Shown here: piece by piece, positions 1 through 8,694 of the stretch
Numbering within the stretch: the stretch's first letter is position 1
How the letters are laid out: every line of letters begins with the position of its first letter
IMG/VR virus record: IMGVR_UViG_3300038429_000202
Location: 1 to 62,260 of that record
Source: a virus
Lineage: Duplodnaviria > Caudoviricetes
Reading direction: 5' to 3' (one strand)
DNA: 62,260 nucleotides
Translations under genes and position numbers: made by a program
The notes under the pieces: generated by a model
What the model was told of the DNA's origin: nothing
Seen by the model: the letters and a program-made list of their open reading frames with translations, nothing else
The model's database searches: none

Positions 1-219
1 TCCTGAATCATCATCGACACAATCGCCATATCAGCGGCATTCGTCGAAATTGTAAACCCGGTCAACATGCCGAACTGATCAACCGCCTCGGGAGCCAGCA
101 CCGAATATCCCACGCCGCTGGAAAGCCATTGAATCGGTTGTCCCAGGTTATTCAGCCACGTCACCACGGCTCCGAGATTGTTAACCCACTCGACAGCATT
201 GGGAGTGGTTGTAACGGCG
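1..219. repeat. Terminal direct repeat (left copy); circular or circularly permuted assembly overlap
   Basis: 1-219 equals 62042-62260 except T68/C62109 and G92/A62133. Confidence 0.95.
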
Positions 220-1592
220 TTCAGATTCGAACTTACTTCGTTGTCGATAGAAATATTAAGCGTGGGAGACAGATTACTATAATACTGAACGATGCCCCAC
301 AACCGGGTCACCCATTTCGTAAACTGGTATCCGCCCGGCTTGTCCCACAGCTTGGTCTGGGCTGTCTTCCTGAAGTTGACCGACGGCTGGGCGAACAACT
401 GATAGACCGACCCGCCGTCAGTACCGTAGCAAGTCAGAACCGAATTGATCTCCTGATGCTGGATGTAGATCAGCGGGACATCCTGCTCGGATGCCCACCA
501 TATCTTGCTATTCCAGATCAGCAGCTTGTTGACCTGCTGGCCCTTCACCGGATCGATGATCGGCAAAAGCAGCATCCAGCACTTCTTGCCGAAGATAATC
601 GCCTTGCCCGCCGATGGATTGATATTACCGAAATTCGGCACGGTATTATAGATGCCATCCAGCATATCGCTGATCTTGGTCACCGCGCCGCCATAGGAGA
701 CGTGAGCGCCGAACGCATTGGCGAACAAAATGTTGCGGCTGAACACATCGACCGATGCCGGCCATGGCGAGCCGACTTCCGGGTCGGCATTCTGGTTGGT
801 GAACGTCGTCACCGGCGGCGAGCCGGACGTATTGACTCCCGAGATGTAATTGACGCTGGAATCACCGATCAGATACAGGAAGCCGTTGGTTTGCTTGAGC
901 TGGATATAAGCGACGCGCAGGAAGCTGTCGCTCGAAGTGAAGTTACCGCCGCCATTGCCCGACGAGAAATCGGTAACCGAGCCGGGCACGCTGAAAGTGA
1001 TCGTCGGTCCGTTGGTGATCCACACACGCCCGGCATACACCTCGATCGCCGTACCGCTGATCGCGAGGGGTAAAGTCGTAACCGGTGCTGAATTCGGAAA
1101 TCCGTTACCCGGACTGTAGAACGTCGTGCCATCCCAGATGAAATAGCCATTGGTCTGCTGGGCAACGATCAGGACGTACTTGGCGCCGTACTGGGTGAGC
1201 CCCATGTTTACCCGGACCGGGTTGTGAATCGTTCCGTCGGGAGCGATCGACGAATAAGATCCGGTATTGGTGTTGACCGCATAAATTTCGCCGGTGTTGA
1301 CCACCACCAGCATGTAGGGCGTGGTACCGATGTTGAAGAAGTCGAAAAAAACCACGCGGTCGTTGTCGGGCGGCGTGAATAGCGCCGGAGCGACCCCCCA
1401 CATCGTTCGCAGATTCCGGCCGGGACCAAGCGGCATGAAGCCGTCGAGCCACGCGGCCTGCTTGTCGTCGACGCCCGGACGCAGCGTCGCAGTGTTGATG
1501 CCTTCGAAGGCCTCGAAGATCAGCGGGTCGGGCGGACCGGCGGGAGTATATGGCGTCGGTTGATCGGCTTGGGGTTGGGAGGATTCGATCAT
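1..1592 (-). CDS. Putative tail nozzle / head-stabilisation protein (P22 gp10-like position), 538 aa, spanning the origin and ending at 62017
   Basis: Manual translation from ATG 1592 (MIESSQPQADQPTPYTPAGPPDPLIFEAFEGINT...) is open to base 1 and continues into 62041-62017 (...IQDTIAGNRG*); TGATG overlap with the upstream gene; beta-rich; absent from the ORF track because it runs off the edge. Confidence 0.7.
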   Translation of the reverse strand, partial: MIESSQPQADQPTPYTPAGPPDPLIFEAFEGINTATLRPGVDDKQAAWLDGFMPLGPGRNLRTMWGVAPALFTPPDNDRVVFFDFFNIGTTPYMLVVVNTGEIYAVNTNTGSYSSIAPDGTIHNPVRVNMGLTQYGAKYVLIVAQQTNGYFIWDGTTFYSPGNGFPNSAPVTTLPLAISGTAIEVYAGRVWITNGPTITFSVPGSVTDFSSGNGGGNFTSSDSFLRVAYIQLKQTNGFLYLIGDSSVNYISGVNTSGSPPVTTFTNQNADPEVGSPWPASVDVFSRNILFANAFGAHVSYGGAVTKISDMLDGIYNTVPNFGNINPSAGKAIIFGKKCWMLLLPIIDPVKGQQVNKLLIWNSKIWWASEQDVPLIYIQHQEINSVLTCYGTDGGSVYQLFAQPSVNFRKTAQTKLWDKPGGYQFTKWVTRLWGIVQYYSNLSPTLNISIDNEVSSNLNAVTTTPNAVEWVNNLGAVVTWLNNLGQPIQWLSSGVGYSVLAPEAVDQFGMLTGFTISTNAADMAIVSMMIQ

Positions 1593-2533
1593 CAGGGCCG
1601 GCCGTATGGATTCACTGCTCGGCTAACTCGAGCGTGTTGTGAATATCCTAGGGTCATTTTATCGAACTGCTGTTCGAAGAACTTAGCTGCGTTGTAATTT
1701 TGCAATTCAACCATCGCCAACTGAGCGGCCATGTACGGAACAGCATCGGTCCACGGCAGCGGGATCGCCTCGGGCACCGAGTTGTCGAGCGTCATGTCGG
1801 ACGGCAGGCAGAAGCAGTCGTATTCGATCTGATACAATTGCGAAGGCGGCGGGTAGAAATAGAAGCTGCCGCCGGTGCCCTGTCCGTATTGCGAGCCGAA
1901 GCTGGGCACATATTGATAGGTGCCGGTCGAATACTGGCGCACCTGCGCCTGATAAACCGAGAAGGCGATCATCGGCAGGCTGTAGCGGTACTGGGCATAG
2001 ATCACCGACGCGCTTTTAATAGCGTAGACACTATCGACGCCGGGCCAGTTGCCGACGTAGATGTCGCTGAAATTGTAAACCTCCTGCCCTGGGTTGAGCG
2101 TATTGATCGGCGACACCGCAACGGTTGCAGTTGCCCCGATGCCAGGTCCGGTCGCATCCGTGATCGTGATGATCGGCTGGAAATAACCGTCGCCGCCGTC
2201 GTTGATGTCGATGCCCGTGATCACGCCGCCATTGAGCGAGACGCCACAGGTCGCCTGCCTTCCATTCGGCGATGGCAGCGTACCGCTCGGCCAGTCGGGC
2301 GTCGTGATGGTCGCGATCGGGTTGACATAGCCGCTGCCGCCCGCGGTCACCTGCACCGACACACACTGCCCGGAGATCGGCGTCAGGCGACGAATGCATT
2401 GCGTGCGCGCCGCCACCTCGCGGCGGGCGCGGTTGATATATACCAGCAGATCATCCGGGTTCTCGAACTGCTGCTTCTGCTCGCGCAGGAAGCGCTGACA
2501 CTGTTTTAAATGGGTGAAGGCGTCGACGATCAT
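1592..2533 (-). CDS. Head-tail adaptor / tail ring protein, paralogue 2, with an inserted GGxGY domain
   Basis: Shares IN.AR..VA, GQE.Y.FS.I.VG, QYGQG, GSFY and WTDAVP motifs with 2530-3294; lies downstream of the capsid gene. Confidence 0.65.
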   Translation of the reverse strand: MIVDAFTHLKQCQRFLREQKQQFENPDDLLVYINRARREVAARTQCIRRLTPISGQCVSVQVTAGGSGYVNPIATITTPDWPSGTLPSPNGRQATCGVSLNGGVITGIDINDGGDGYFQPIITITDATGPGIGATATVAVSPINTLNPGQEVYNFSDIYVGNWPGVDSVYAIKSASVIYAQYRYSLPMIAFSVYQAQVRQYSTGTYQYVPSFGSQYGQGTGGSFYFYPPPSQLYQIEYDCFCLPSDMTLDNSVPEAIPLPWTDAVPYMAAQLAMVELQNYNAAKFFEQQFDKMTLGYSQHARVSRAVNPYGRP

Positions 2534-3294
2534 TGGGCGCCTCCCGCCTTGATGCCCATCTTCTGCGCCTGCGCGGGATCTCCGGCCTGGCTGTACAGCC
2601 AGCTGTTGACGCTCGGGTTGGACTGGTTGCGTGCCCGCGACATGAACTCGTTATAATGCCCCTTGTACATCTGCGCGGCATCCGCCATGCGAGCGTTGGT
2701 CTGCGCCGACATCAGGGCGAAATAGGCGGCGAAGAACGGCACCGCATCGGTCCAGAAGTACGGCAGTGCCTCGACATCGCTATCGGCCGCCAGTGCCTGC
2801 GGATAGCAGACCGTGTTGCAATTGAGCTGGTAGATGTCGTCCGGCAGCGGCGAGACGTAGAACGACCCGCCGTTCACGGTGGTGTTGGCGACGCCGCTCG
2901 GAGCCGCGCCCTGACCATATTGCGCCCACTCCTTCGGCGGACCAGGTTGCGGCGCGGCATTGTTGCGGTTGTACAGCGAGAACCATGGCCACGCCCGCGG
3001 CGTCATCCACAACTGCCCATTGCCGGCGACGTAATGCATGCTCTGGATGTTGATCACGCCTTGCACGCCGGTAGTTGCGGGCACGCCGACATTGATGCCG
3101 GAGAACGGGTAAGACTCCTGACCAACCACAGTCGAGATCGTGCCGTGAACGCGGATGCACTCGCCCTCGCCGGCGACCTGCCCGCGCGCCGTGTTGATGA
3201 ACCGCGTCAGGTCGGCGTCGGAATACAGGCTGGTGGAATTGCTGCCGGGGAGCTGAAGCAATGACCGGGTCGAGGTGAGATAAGACGTCAGCAA
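2530..3294 (-). CDS. Head-tail adaptor / tail ring protein, paralogue 1
   Basis: AAGGAG RBS before a TTG start; LTRFINTAR and P.PD..Y motifs typical of podovirus adaptors. Confidence 0.65.
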   Translation of the reverse strand: MLTSYLTSTRSLLQLPGSNSTSLYSDADLTRFINTARGQVAGEGECIRVHGTISTVVGQESYPFSGINVGVPATTGVQGVINIQSMHYVAGNGQLWMTPRAWPWFSLYNRNNAAPQPGPPKEWAQYGQGAAPSGVANTTVNGGSFYVSPLPDDIYQLNCNTVCYPQALAADSDVEALPYFWTDAVPFFAAYFALMSAQTNARMADAAQMYKGHYNEFMSRARNQSNPSVNSWLYSQAGDPAQAQKMGIKAGGAQ

Positions 3295-3320
3295 AGCAAG
3301 GCACTCCTTTGCCGACTACC

Positions 3321-3584
3321 TTACACCTTCCTCAGAACGATATAGCTGGGAAGAATAGAACGCTCGGCGTCGATGACGTGGTACGATTGGGAACCATCGG
3401 GGCCCTGACAGAGAATGTAGCCGTTGCGCTGCATTGCTCCCTGCTGGGCCCCGACGAAATTGACGTTACCCGCCGATACGACATTGCCGGCCATATCCGT
3501 ATCGCCAACCTGCAGCACCTTGGCCGCGTTATAACGGGCGTTCGAACTGACGCCCGTCAAACTCTGGCTGAAGGTCTCGGCCAT
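3321..3584 (-). CDS. Small putative virion protein
   Basis: Tightly packed in the structural operon. Confidence 0.6.
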   Translation of the reverse strand: MAETFSQSLTGVSSNARYNAAKVLQVGDTDMAGNVVSAGNVNFVGAQQGAMQRNGYILCQGPDGSQSYHVIDAERSILPSYIVLRKV

Positions 3585-4775
3585 TTACGGTCCCGGCTGG
3601 ATGATCGCGATATCCGGACGGCTGCCCATGATAGCCGTGAGCCCGGCAACAGTACTCAGCCCGCCTGCCGGAACACCCAAACCTGCGATCGTAGGTGCCG
3701 ACTCGAACAAACCGCCATCATAAACTGTTGCCGGAGCGCCCACGCTGAGCGATGCCGCGGTAACTGCAATCTGCGCAGGGCGAGGCATGAACGTCAGATA
3801 ATTCGCATCAGGACCGTTGACGATCGACCCTGCAAGCGGAGCGCCGCCGTAGGTAACAAACCCAACGCCGCCGGTACCATAACCGGTACCCGCGCTGGTA
3901 AGGGTTCCCGACACGATGGTCTGCAACACGTTCGCCGTCAGCGAGGCAGGGCCGCTGCCAGCACCGCCGACCGACAGCGTCACCGAACCCAGCGAACCGT
4001 TATTGAGCGGAGCGCCATTATTGGTCACCAGCACGCCGGTGATCGCGCCGGCCGAAGCCAGCGAGAACGTCACCGAGGCCTGCGTGATGCCGGTGGCGAG
4101 ATTCGGATCAAACGGGCTCGGCACCACCACGGCGGTCGGAACCGTCGGGTAGCCGGCGCCGGGATTGGTGATGCTGACCGAGGAGATCGACCCGCCGGAG
4201 CCGATCACTGCGATCGCCGTGGCCTGGATACCGCCAACGCCGTTCGCATTGACGTTCGCCGGGGGCGGCGGCGGGATCATGATGATCGGGGGCACACCAT
4301 AACCGGCGCCCTTGGTCGGAACGTCGATGGTGAACGTGCCGGTGAGGCCGAGCGCGCCGCCGACGATCGGAAGCAGGGTCGGAGACGCACCGTTGCCGAA
4401 AGTACCGATCGCCGTGATGGTCGTGGTAGCCTGCACGTAGCTGGTGCCGCCGTTGATGATCGATGCCGAAACGATGCAACCGGTCAGGTTGGCGATGCGC
4501 TGGGTGAATCCGTCGGCCGTGACGAAAATCTGCCCGCGGGTCCATGCCGCGCCGGCCGACATCGTCCAGGTGTTGGTGACCGGATCCAGGAACTGCAGGA
4601 CATTGTACATCCCGAGAGTGATGATCCAGTCGCCGGCCGGCAGCACGAACGAATCGCCGGGCGCGAGGCCAAGGCGGTTGCTCGAAGCATCAGCCGGAGC
4701 GTTATTCAACTGACTAGGATACAAATTTTGGGCCGGGGGCAGCCCTTGACCGGGTCCAGCTAAAGGCACGGGCAT
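3585..4775 (-). CDS. Putative capsid decoration / minor structural protein with GxGY beta-repeats
   Basis: AAGGAG RBS; repeated I.N.G.(G/S)Y units; follows the capsid gene. Confidence 0.6.
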   Translation of the reverse strand: MPVPLAGPGQGLPPAQNLYPSQLNNAPADASSNRLGLAPGDSFVLPAGDWIITLGMYNVLQFLDPVTNTWTMSAGAAWTRGQIFVTADGFTQRIANLTGCIVSASIINGGTSYVQATTTITAIGTFGNGASPTLLPIVGGALGLTGTFTIDVPTKGAGYGVPPIIMIPPPPPANVNANGVGGIQATAIAVIGSGGSISSVSITNPGAGYPTVPTAVVVPSPFDPNLATGITQASVTFSLASAGAITGVLVTNNGAPLNNGSLGSVTLSVGGAGSGPASLTANVLQTIVSGTLTSAGTGYGTGGVGFVTYGGAPLAGSIVNGPDANYLTFMPRPAQIAVTAASLSVGAPATVYDGGLFESAPTIAGLGVPAGGLSTVAGLTAIMGSRPDIAIIQPGP

Positions 4776-4787
4776 ATTAGATTCTCC

Positions 4788-4816
4788 TTGCCGTCATCAG
4801 ATTTTGAGGGTATATT
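4788..4816 (+). promoter_or_regulatory. Sigma70-type promoter for the HNH gene; probably a leaderless transcript
   Basis: TTGCCG-N17-TATATT, with ATG 4824 starting 8 nt after the -10 element. Confidence 0.55.
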
Positions 4817-4823
4817 TCGAGGT

Positions 4824-5540
4824 ATGAACATAACCTCAAAACCGTGCTTACAGTGCTCCGAACCGATCGGGGCAGATAGAAAGAAATTCTGCTCTCAGAA
4901 ATGCGCCATGAAGTGGCACAACCATCGAGTACCTTGGTCCGAAAAACCGGGCCGAAATGCTGCCAACCTGCGTGCGAAAGAACGCTACTGGCAAGATCCC
5001 GAAGTAGCACGCGCCAAGGCAAGGAAGTGGCGCGAGCTAAACCCCGATTCTCATAAGATACACATTCATCGCGCCAAACAGAAAAACGCAGCCGCGATAA
5101 AAGACCAGAACGCTGAGTGGCGCGAAAGAAATCGCGAAAATCTTCGAGAGCGCGCACAAATATTTCACTACCAGACGCGCGAAAAGACGCCTTGGAAACA
5201 TATCCTTCGAAGCCGTTTCCGAGACGCGCTGAAACGCGGCATACCGTTCGAGCTAACCCCCGAGTGGGCTGCGGCGCGGTGGACAGGGTACTGTGAAATG
5301 TCCGGTATCCCATTTGATCTCACTAGAACTGTTGTAGGCTTCTATTCTCCGAGTATCGATAAAATCGAACCCGAAAAAGGATACTTGCCTGACAACTGTC
5401 GCTTCGTGCTTTTCTCCGTTAACGGGTTCAAAAGTGTTGGAACCGATTCCGATGTACTTCGCGTTGCTAAGGCCCTGCTAGATACTGCAAAACTAAAAAG
5501 CTGCCCCGGCCAAGTTGTAGCCATAGAAACCGCTGACTGA
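4824..5540 (+). CDS. Free-standing HNH-type endonuclease with an N-terminal Zn finger, antisense to the structural operon
   Basis: CLQC...FCSQKC zinc finger; CEMSG...SPSIDKIEPEKGYLPDNCRFV...NGFK beta-beta-alpha-metal motif. Confidence 0.75.
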   Translation: MNITSKPCLQCSEPIGADRKKFCSQKCAMKWHNHRVPWSEKPGRNAANLRAKERYWQDPEVARAKARKWRELNPDSHKIHIHRAKQKNAAAIKDQNAEWRERNRENLRERAQIFHYQTREKTPWKHILRSRFRDALKRGIPFELTPEWAAARWTGYCEMSGIPFDLTRTVVGFYSPSIDKIEPEKGYLPDNCRFVLFSVNGFKSVGTDSDVLRVAKALLDTAKLKSCPGQVVAIETAD

Positions 5541-6533
5541 CTTGGCGGTCAGAATATCGTAACCGACCACCACGACGCCCTGCTGGCCGATCTGGCCGAG
5601 CGGAACGAGCGAATAGAAGCCGGAGAAGTCGAACGCCGCGTCTTCCGACATGTACATTGACGTGTACTTGACGTTGACGCCGAAGCAGCTTCCCTTCGGA
5701 CAAAAGTGATCCGCGAAAATCGGGATGCCGGACACCACGAGGTTCGGGAAGGACGATCGCACCGCGGTGTCCATCGTGTAGGTCGAACCCGGCGGTGGGT
5801 TGATCTGCTCGATCGAGATGAAGGTGTTGTTGAGCGTGGCGTAATCGCCCGGATTCATCACCACGTAAGTCGGCGCTTCACCGCCCGCCGCGTCGGTGAC
5901 GCCGGCCAGCAAGGTAGCCATGCCTGCCCGAGTGAAGCCCGCGGTACCCTGCGAGTAGGTGCCGGAGTTCAGGTTGATGTACTGGCCCTTGAAGGCCGAG
6001 TTGCCCTGCGCGTTGCGGTTGATGCCGCCGTAGGTCGGCACGTTGGTGCCATCATCGAAGGCGTTGTAGAATGAGTCGGGCAGCAGCGGGTTCGCCGAGT
6101 TGTTGGTGAACATCAGCCGCGCCATATTCTGGCGGGTGACCGCGTAGACGTCATTCATGCGGGTCTTGAGCAGACTGACCTCGCGGTCGGTCGCCTGGAT
6201 CACCGTTTCGCCGAACGGCAGCGGGACCGGGACCACCCAGTAGGCCAAATTCCATTGGCCGTTCTGGATGCCGGGGGTGATAACGGGGGAATTGAATCCT
6301 CCACCGTACCCGGTCCATTGACCTTGGACCATGGAATTTCCTTGCAACGGTATAGTGACCTGATTCAGGCCGCCGGCAGCGCGCTGCGAATTGCCCAGCA
6401 TGTAAAATAGACATGGACTACCGAAATAAAGCTGGACAAAGAGCTTCGGAACGAATGCCCTTCGAGTCACAGCCGATAATTCGGTGTATAATGAGCCTGC
6501 GGCGGGGGCGACGCCTAAACCGGGAAGGGGCAT
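5493..6533 (-). CDS. Major capsid protein
   Basis: 346 aa after the scaffold; ELSAVTRRAFVPKL and TYGGINR motifs recalled from uncultured podovirus capsids; strong codon bias. Confidence 0.85.
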   Translation of the reverse strand: MPLPGLGVAPAAGSLYTELSAVTRRAFVPKLFVQLYFGSPCLFYMLGNSQRAAGGLNQVTIPLQGNSMVQGQWTGYGGGFNSPVITPGIQNGQWNLAYWVVPVPLPFGETVIQATDREVSLLKTRMNDVYAVTRQNMARLMFTNNSANPLLPDSFYNAFDDGTNVPTYGGINRNAQGNSAFKGQYINLNSGTYSQGTAGFTRAGMATLLAGVTDAAGGEAPTYVVMNPGDYATLNNTFISIEQINPPPGSTYTMDTAVRSSFPNLVVSGIPIFADHFCPKGSCFGVNVKYTSMYMSEDAAFDFSGFYSLVPLGQIGQQGVVVVGYDILTAKSVSGFYGYNLAGAAF

Positions 6534-6546
6534 CTCAGTCTCCTAT

Positions 6547-7155
6547 TTAGCGACGTGCGCCGCGAAGTTCCATGAGCGTTTCATTCGCCATCCGCCCAAC
6601 GATGGCATCGGCAACCGAACCATCGCCCTTGTTGGCGATCAGGTCGGCGATGGCCTTGTCGGTGCCAGGCGCCGAGGTGTCAGTGAAATTCCACTTGTCG
6701 CCGGTGATGCCGGACGGGGTCGCGGGCATCTGCGGGGGATTGGCGCGCTCGAAAATGGCAACGGCATCGTCCACGTCGATGAGACCCTTGGTCTCCATCA
6801 GCTTGCGGACGGCTTCGACGCCCTCATCGGTGTAGTGGCCCTGAGACTTGAGGCGGGCGAAGGCGGCTTCCTGCTTGCCAGCGATCGCGGCCAGGGTCTG
6901 CTCGCGCTTCTCGTCCTCACGCTCTTTCTTCAGCGCGGCGACTTCGTCGTTGAACTTCTTCTCGAGCGCGGTGACGGGCGCCAATTGGGCGGCCTCGGCA
7001 TCAAGCAATGGGGTCGCCGCGTTCGGATCGACCAGTTTCTGGGCCTGCTCCAGCAGGCGACGGGATTCCGGCTTGGCAACCATGCGGGAGGCCACGCCAC
7101 GCAGCGCGACCATCTGGTTATACTCGGCTTCGTCGACCTCGACTGTCTTCGCCAT
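6547..7155 (-). CDS. Capsid scaffolding protein
   Basis: Helical, charged, 202 aa, immediately upstream of the capsid gene. Confidence 0.7.
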   Translation of the reverse strand: MAKTVEVDEAEYNQMVALRGVASRMVAKPESRRLLEQAQKLVDPNAATPLLDAEAAQLAPVTALEKKFNDEVAALKKEREDEKREQTLAAIAGKQEAAFARLKSQGHYTDEGVEAVRKLMETKGLIDVDDAVAIFERANPPQMPATPSGITGDKWNFTDTSAPGTDKAIADLIANKGDGSVADAIVGRMANETLMELRGARR

Positions 7156-7158
7156 GGC

Positions 7159-7347
7159 TTACTTGCTTCCCGTCATGGTGCCGGCGTTCGGAACGTGGCT
7201 GATGTTCATGGCCGGCGACTTCTCCTGGCCCGGCAGGTGCGAGGTGCGACCGCCAATGTCGATCTGCTTCATGCTGACCCGGATGATCTGCTCATCGCTC
7301 TCGGGGATCGACTTGGCGGAATTCTGGAAGATGTTGACGTTCGACAT
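7159..7347 (-). CDS. Small head-operon protein (62 aa, MSNVNIFQN...)
   Basis: GAGGAG RBS before ATG 7347. Confidence 0.6.
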   Translation of the reverse strand: MSNVNIFQNSAKSIPESDEQIIRVSMKQIDIGGRTSHLPGQEKSPAMNISHVPNAGTMTGSK

Positions 7348-7357
7348 TGCTGTCTCC

Positions 7358-7537
7358 TCAGTAGCCGTGTCCGCGGCGGGGACGCTGGACATTGGTGACG
7401 CTCATATCCTTGTCGGGAATGTTCATCGCCGGTTCGTAATTCTGATGCATCTGGACCCGGGTCTGCGCGGTGCGCACTACGCCCGGATCGTTCGGACCCG
7501 GCATCTCGGTCTTGTTCTCGAAAATGGTGCTTTTCAC
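7358..7537 (-). CDS. Small head-operon protein (59 aa, MKSTIFEN...)
   Basis: AAGGAG RBS; GTG start overlapping the upstream TGA. Confidence 0.6.
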   Translation of the reverse strand: MKSTIFENKTEMPGPNDPGVVRTAQTRVQMHQNYEPAMNIPDKDMSVTNVQRPRRGHGY

Positions 7538-7905
7538 GCGGCGGCTCCTTGAGCCTGTGGCTGCGCCTGCTTCTGTCGCATCTGCTGCACGGCCTGTGCC
7601 TGCTGATTGTTCTGCGCCATGGCGCGCTGCTGGGCTTCGATGGAATTCTTCTGGGCGGCGGGGGTGACCGATCCGGCGGGAACGAACTTGACCAGCTTGT
7701 TCAGGCAATCGAGCACTGCTTTACCGACATCCGAACTTGCGCCGACTTGCGGCAGGATCTTTTCCATCTGCTTCACGATGACCCCCAGCTCCTGCAGTCC
7801 GGCAGCTTCGTAACCCTTGTTCGGCGTCGCACCGGTGGCCGGTGTTTGTCCGAAGGGGGGTTGCGCAGGCTGTCCGCCCGGTGCTGCAGGAGCTGGGATA
7901 GGCAT
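7534..7905 (-). CDS. Pro/Gln-rich head-associated protein
   Basis: 123 aa, between portal and scaffold. Confidence 0.6.
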   Translation of the reverse strand: MPIPAPAAPGGQPAQPPFGQTPATGATPNKGYEAAGLQELGVIVKQMEKILPQVGASSDVGKAVLDCLNKLVKFVPAGSVTPAAQKNSIEAQQRAMAQNNQQAQAVQQMRQKQAQPQAQGAAA

Positions 7906-7912
7906 TGCGGAA

Positions 7913-7957
7913 TTACTTCCGGCCCTTGCGGTGCTTGCGCTTGTTGGCGGTGAACAT
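7913..7957 (-). CDS. 14-aa basic micropeptide MFTANKRKHRKGRK
   Basis: Manual translation; AGGAAAGGG upstream; stop lies 7 nt before the next ATG. Confidence 0.55.
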   Translation of the reverse strand: MFTANKRKHRKGRK

Positions 7958-8059
7958 CTGGCGGCCCTTTCCTATCTAGGGGTTGAAGTCATCGCACAAC
8001 CTTCATGGTCTGTGCCCACACAACCTCGTTTGGAACCGGGCGGAAGGCCAGCGCCGGAA

Positions 8060-8120
8060 TTGACAAAAGTTCATAAGTTGTATAAGTGGTTCATCGGCCT
8101 TGGAATTATTTCGAAATAAT
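8060..8120 (+). promoter_or_regulatory. Promoter and palindromic operator for the HTH cassette
   Basis: TTGACA at 8060; perfect 16-bp palindrome ATTATTTCGAAATAAT at 8105-8120 next to ATG 8122. Confidence 0.5.
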
Positions 8121-8121
8121 C

Positions 8122-8337
8122 ATGGGAATTAGCCCGACACAGTCACAACGCCCGTGGTTCACCGCCAAGGAAGCGGCCGACTACATCGGCGTTACCCCGA
8201 CGACGCTCTACTCCTACATCAAGATGCGAAAAAATCGCCCGCCGGTGTTTCGACTGGCAGGCAAACCAAAAGGCGTGTGGAGATTCCCGCGCGAGGAATT
8301 CATAGCGTGGGCCAACGGCTCGCAGAAACAAGGGTGA
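8122..8337 (+). CDS. Excisionase/MerR-like HTH DNA-binding protein (HTH_17-like)
   Basis: WFTAKEAADYIGVTPTTLYSYI...WRFPREEFIAW. Confidence 0.8.
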   Translation: MGISPTQSQRPWFTAKEAADYIGVTPTTLYSYIKMRKNRPPVFRLAGKPKGVWRFPREEFIAWANGSQKQG

Positions 8338-8340
8338 TCG

Positions 8341-8694
8341 ATGTACAGCCTTTCAATCCACTTCGGACCGAACGCGATGGTGTGGGCGCTACTTTTCAAG
8401 GAAGAGGAAAAAGCCGAAAAAATTTTCGGTGCTTACGTGGATTTTAAAGCGACTAGTGCGGTCGATGGAATTTTTCTCGGTGCCGACGACTTCGGACAAA
8501 CCTTCGCTATCCCATTTTCTGAAATTAGTGGCATTATGGTCGAAGACCTCGACCTCGTCGAGGAAGCCCGCATCCTGCGCAGCCTCGCCAACGCGCGAGG
8601 GGAAGTGAAGGCGCGAACGCGAGCGATGTCCGACCCGGTACTTCGAGGCGCGCAGCAAGGGCCCGGGGTTATCACGCCGAACTTCCGTCAGTGA
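8341..8694 (+). CDS. Hypothetical protein
   Basis: 117-aa ORF closely following the HTH gene. Confidence 0.6.
   Translation: MYSLSIHFGPNAMVWALLFKEEEKAEKIFGAYVDFKATSAVDGIFLGADDFGQTFAIPFSEISGIMVEDLDLVEEARILRSLANARGEVKARTRAMSDPVLRGAQQGPGVITPNFRQ

Noticed and set aside
1-219. Diversity-generating retroelement as an explanation of the repeat mismatches
   Set aside because: No reverse transcriptase seen; the changes are not adenine-specific on one template strand; the copies are the two contig ends
129-4763. Long plus-strand ORFs (129-1073, 1700-2509, 2533-3264, 3309-4763) and similar antisense ORFs elsewhere
   Set aside because: Shadow frames of GC-rich genes on the opposite strand; no motifs or RBS
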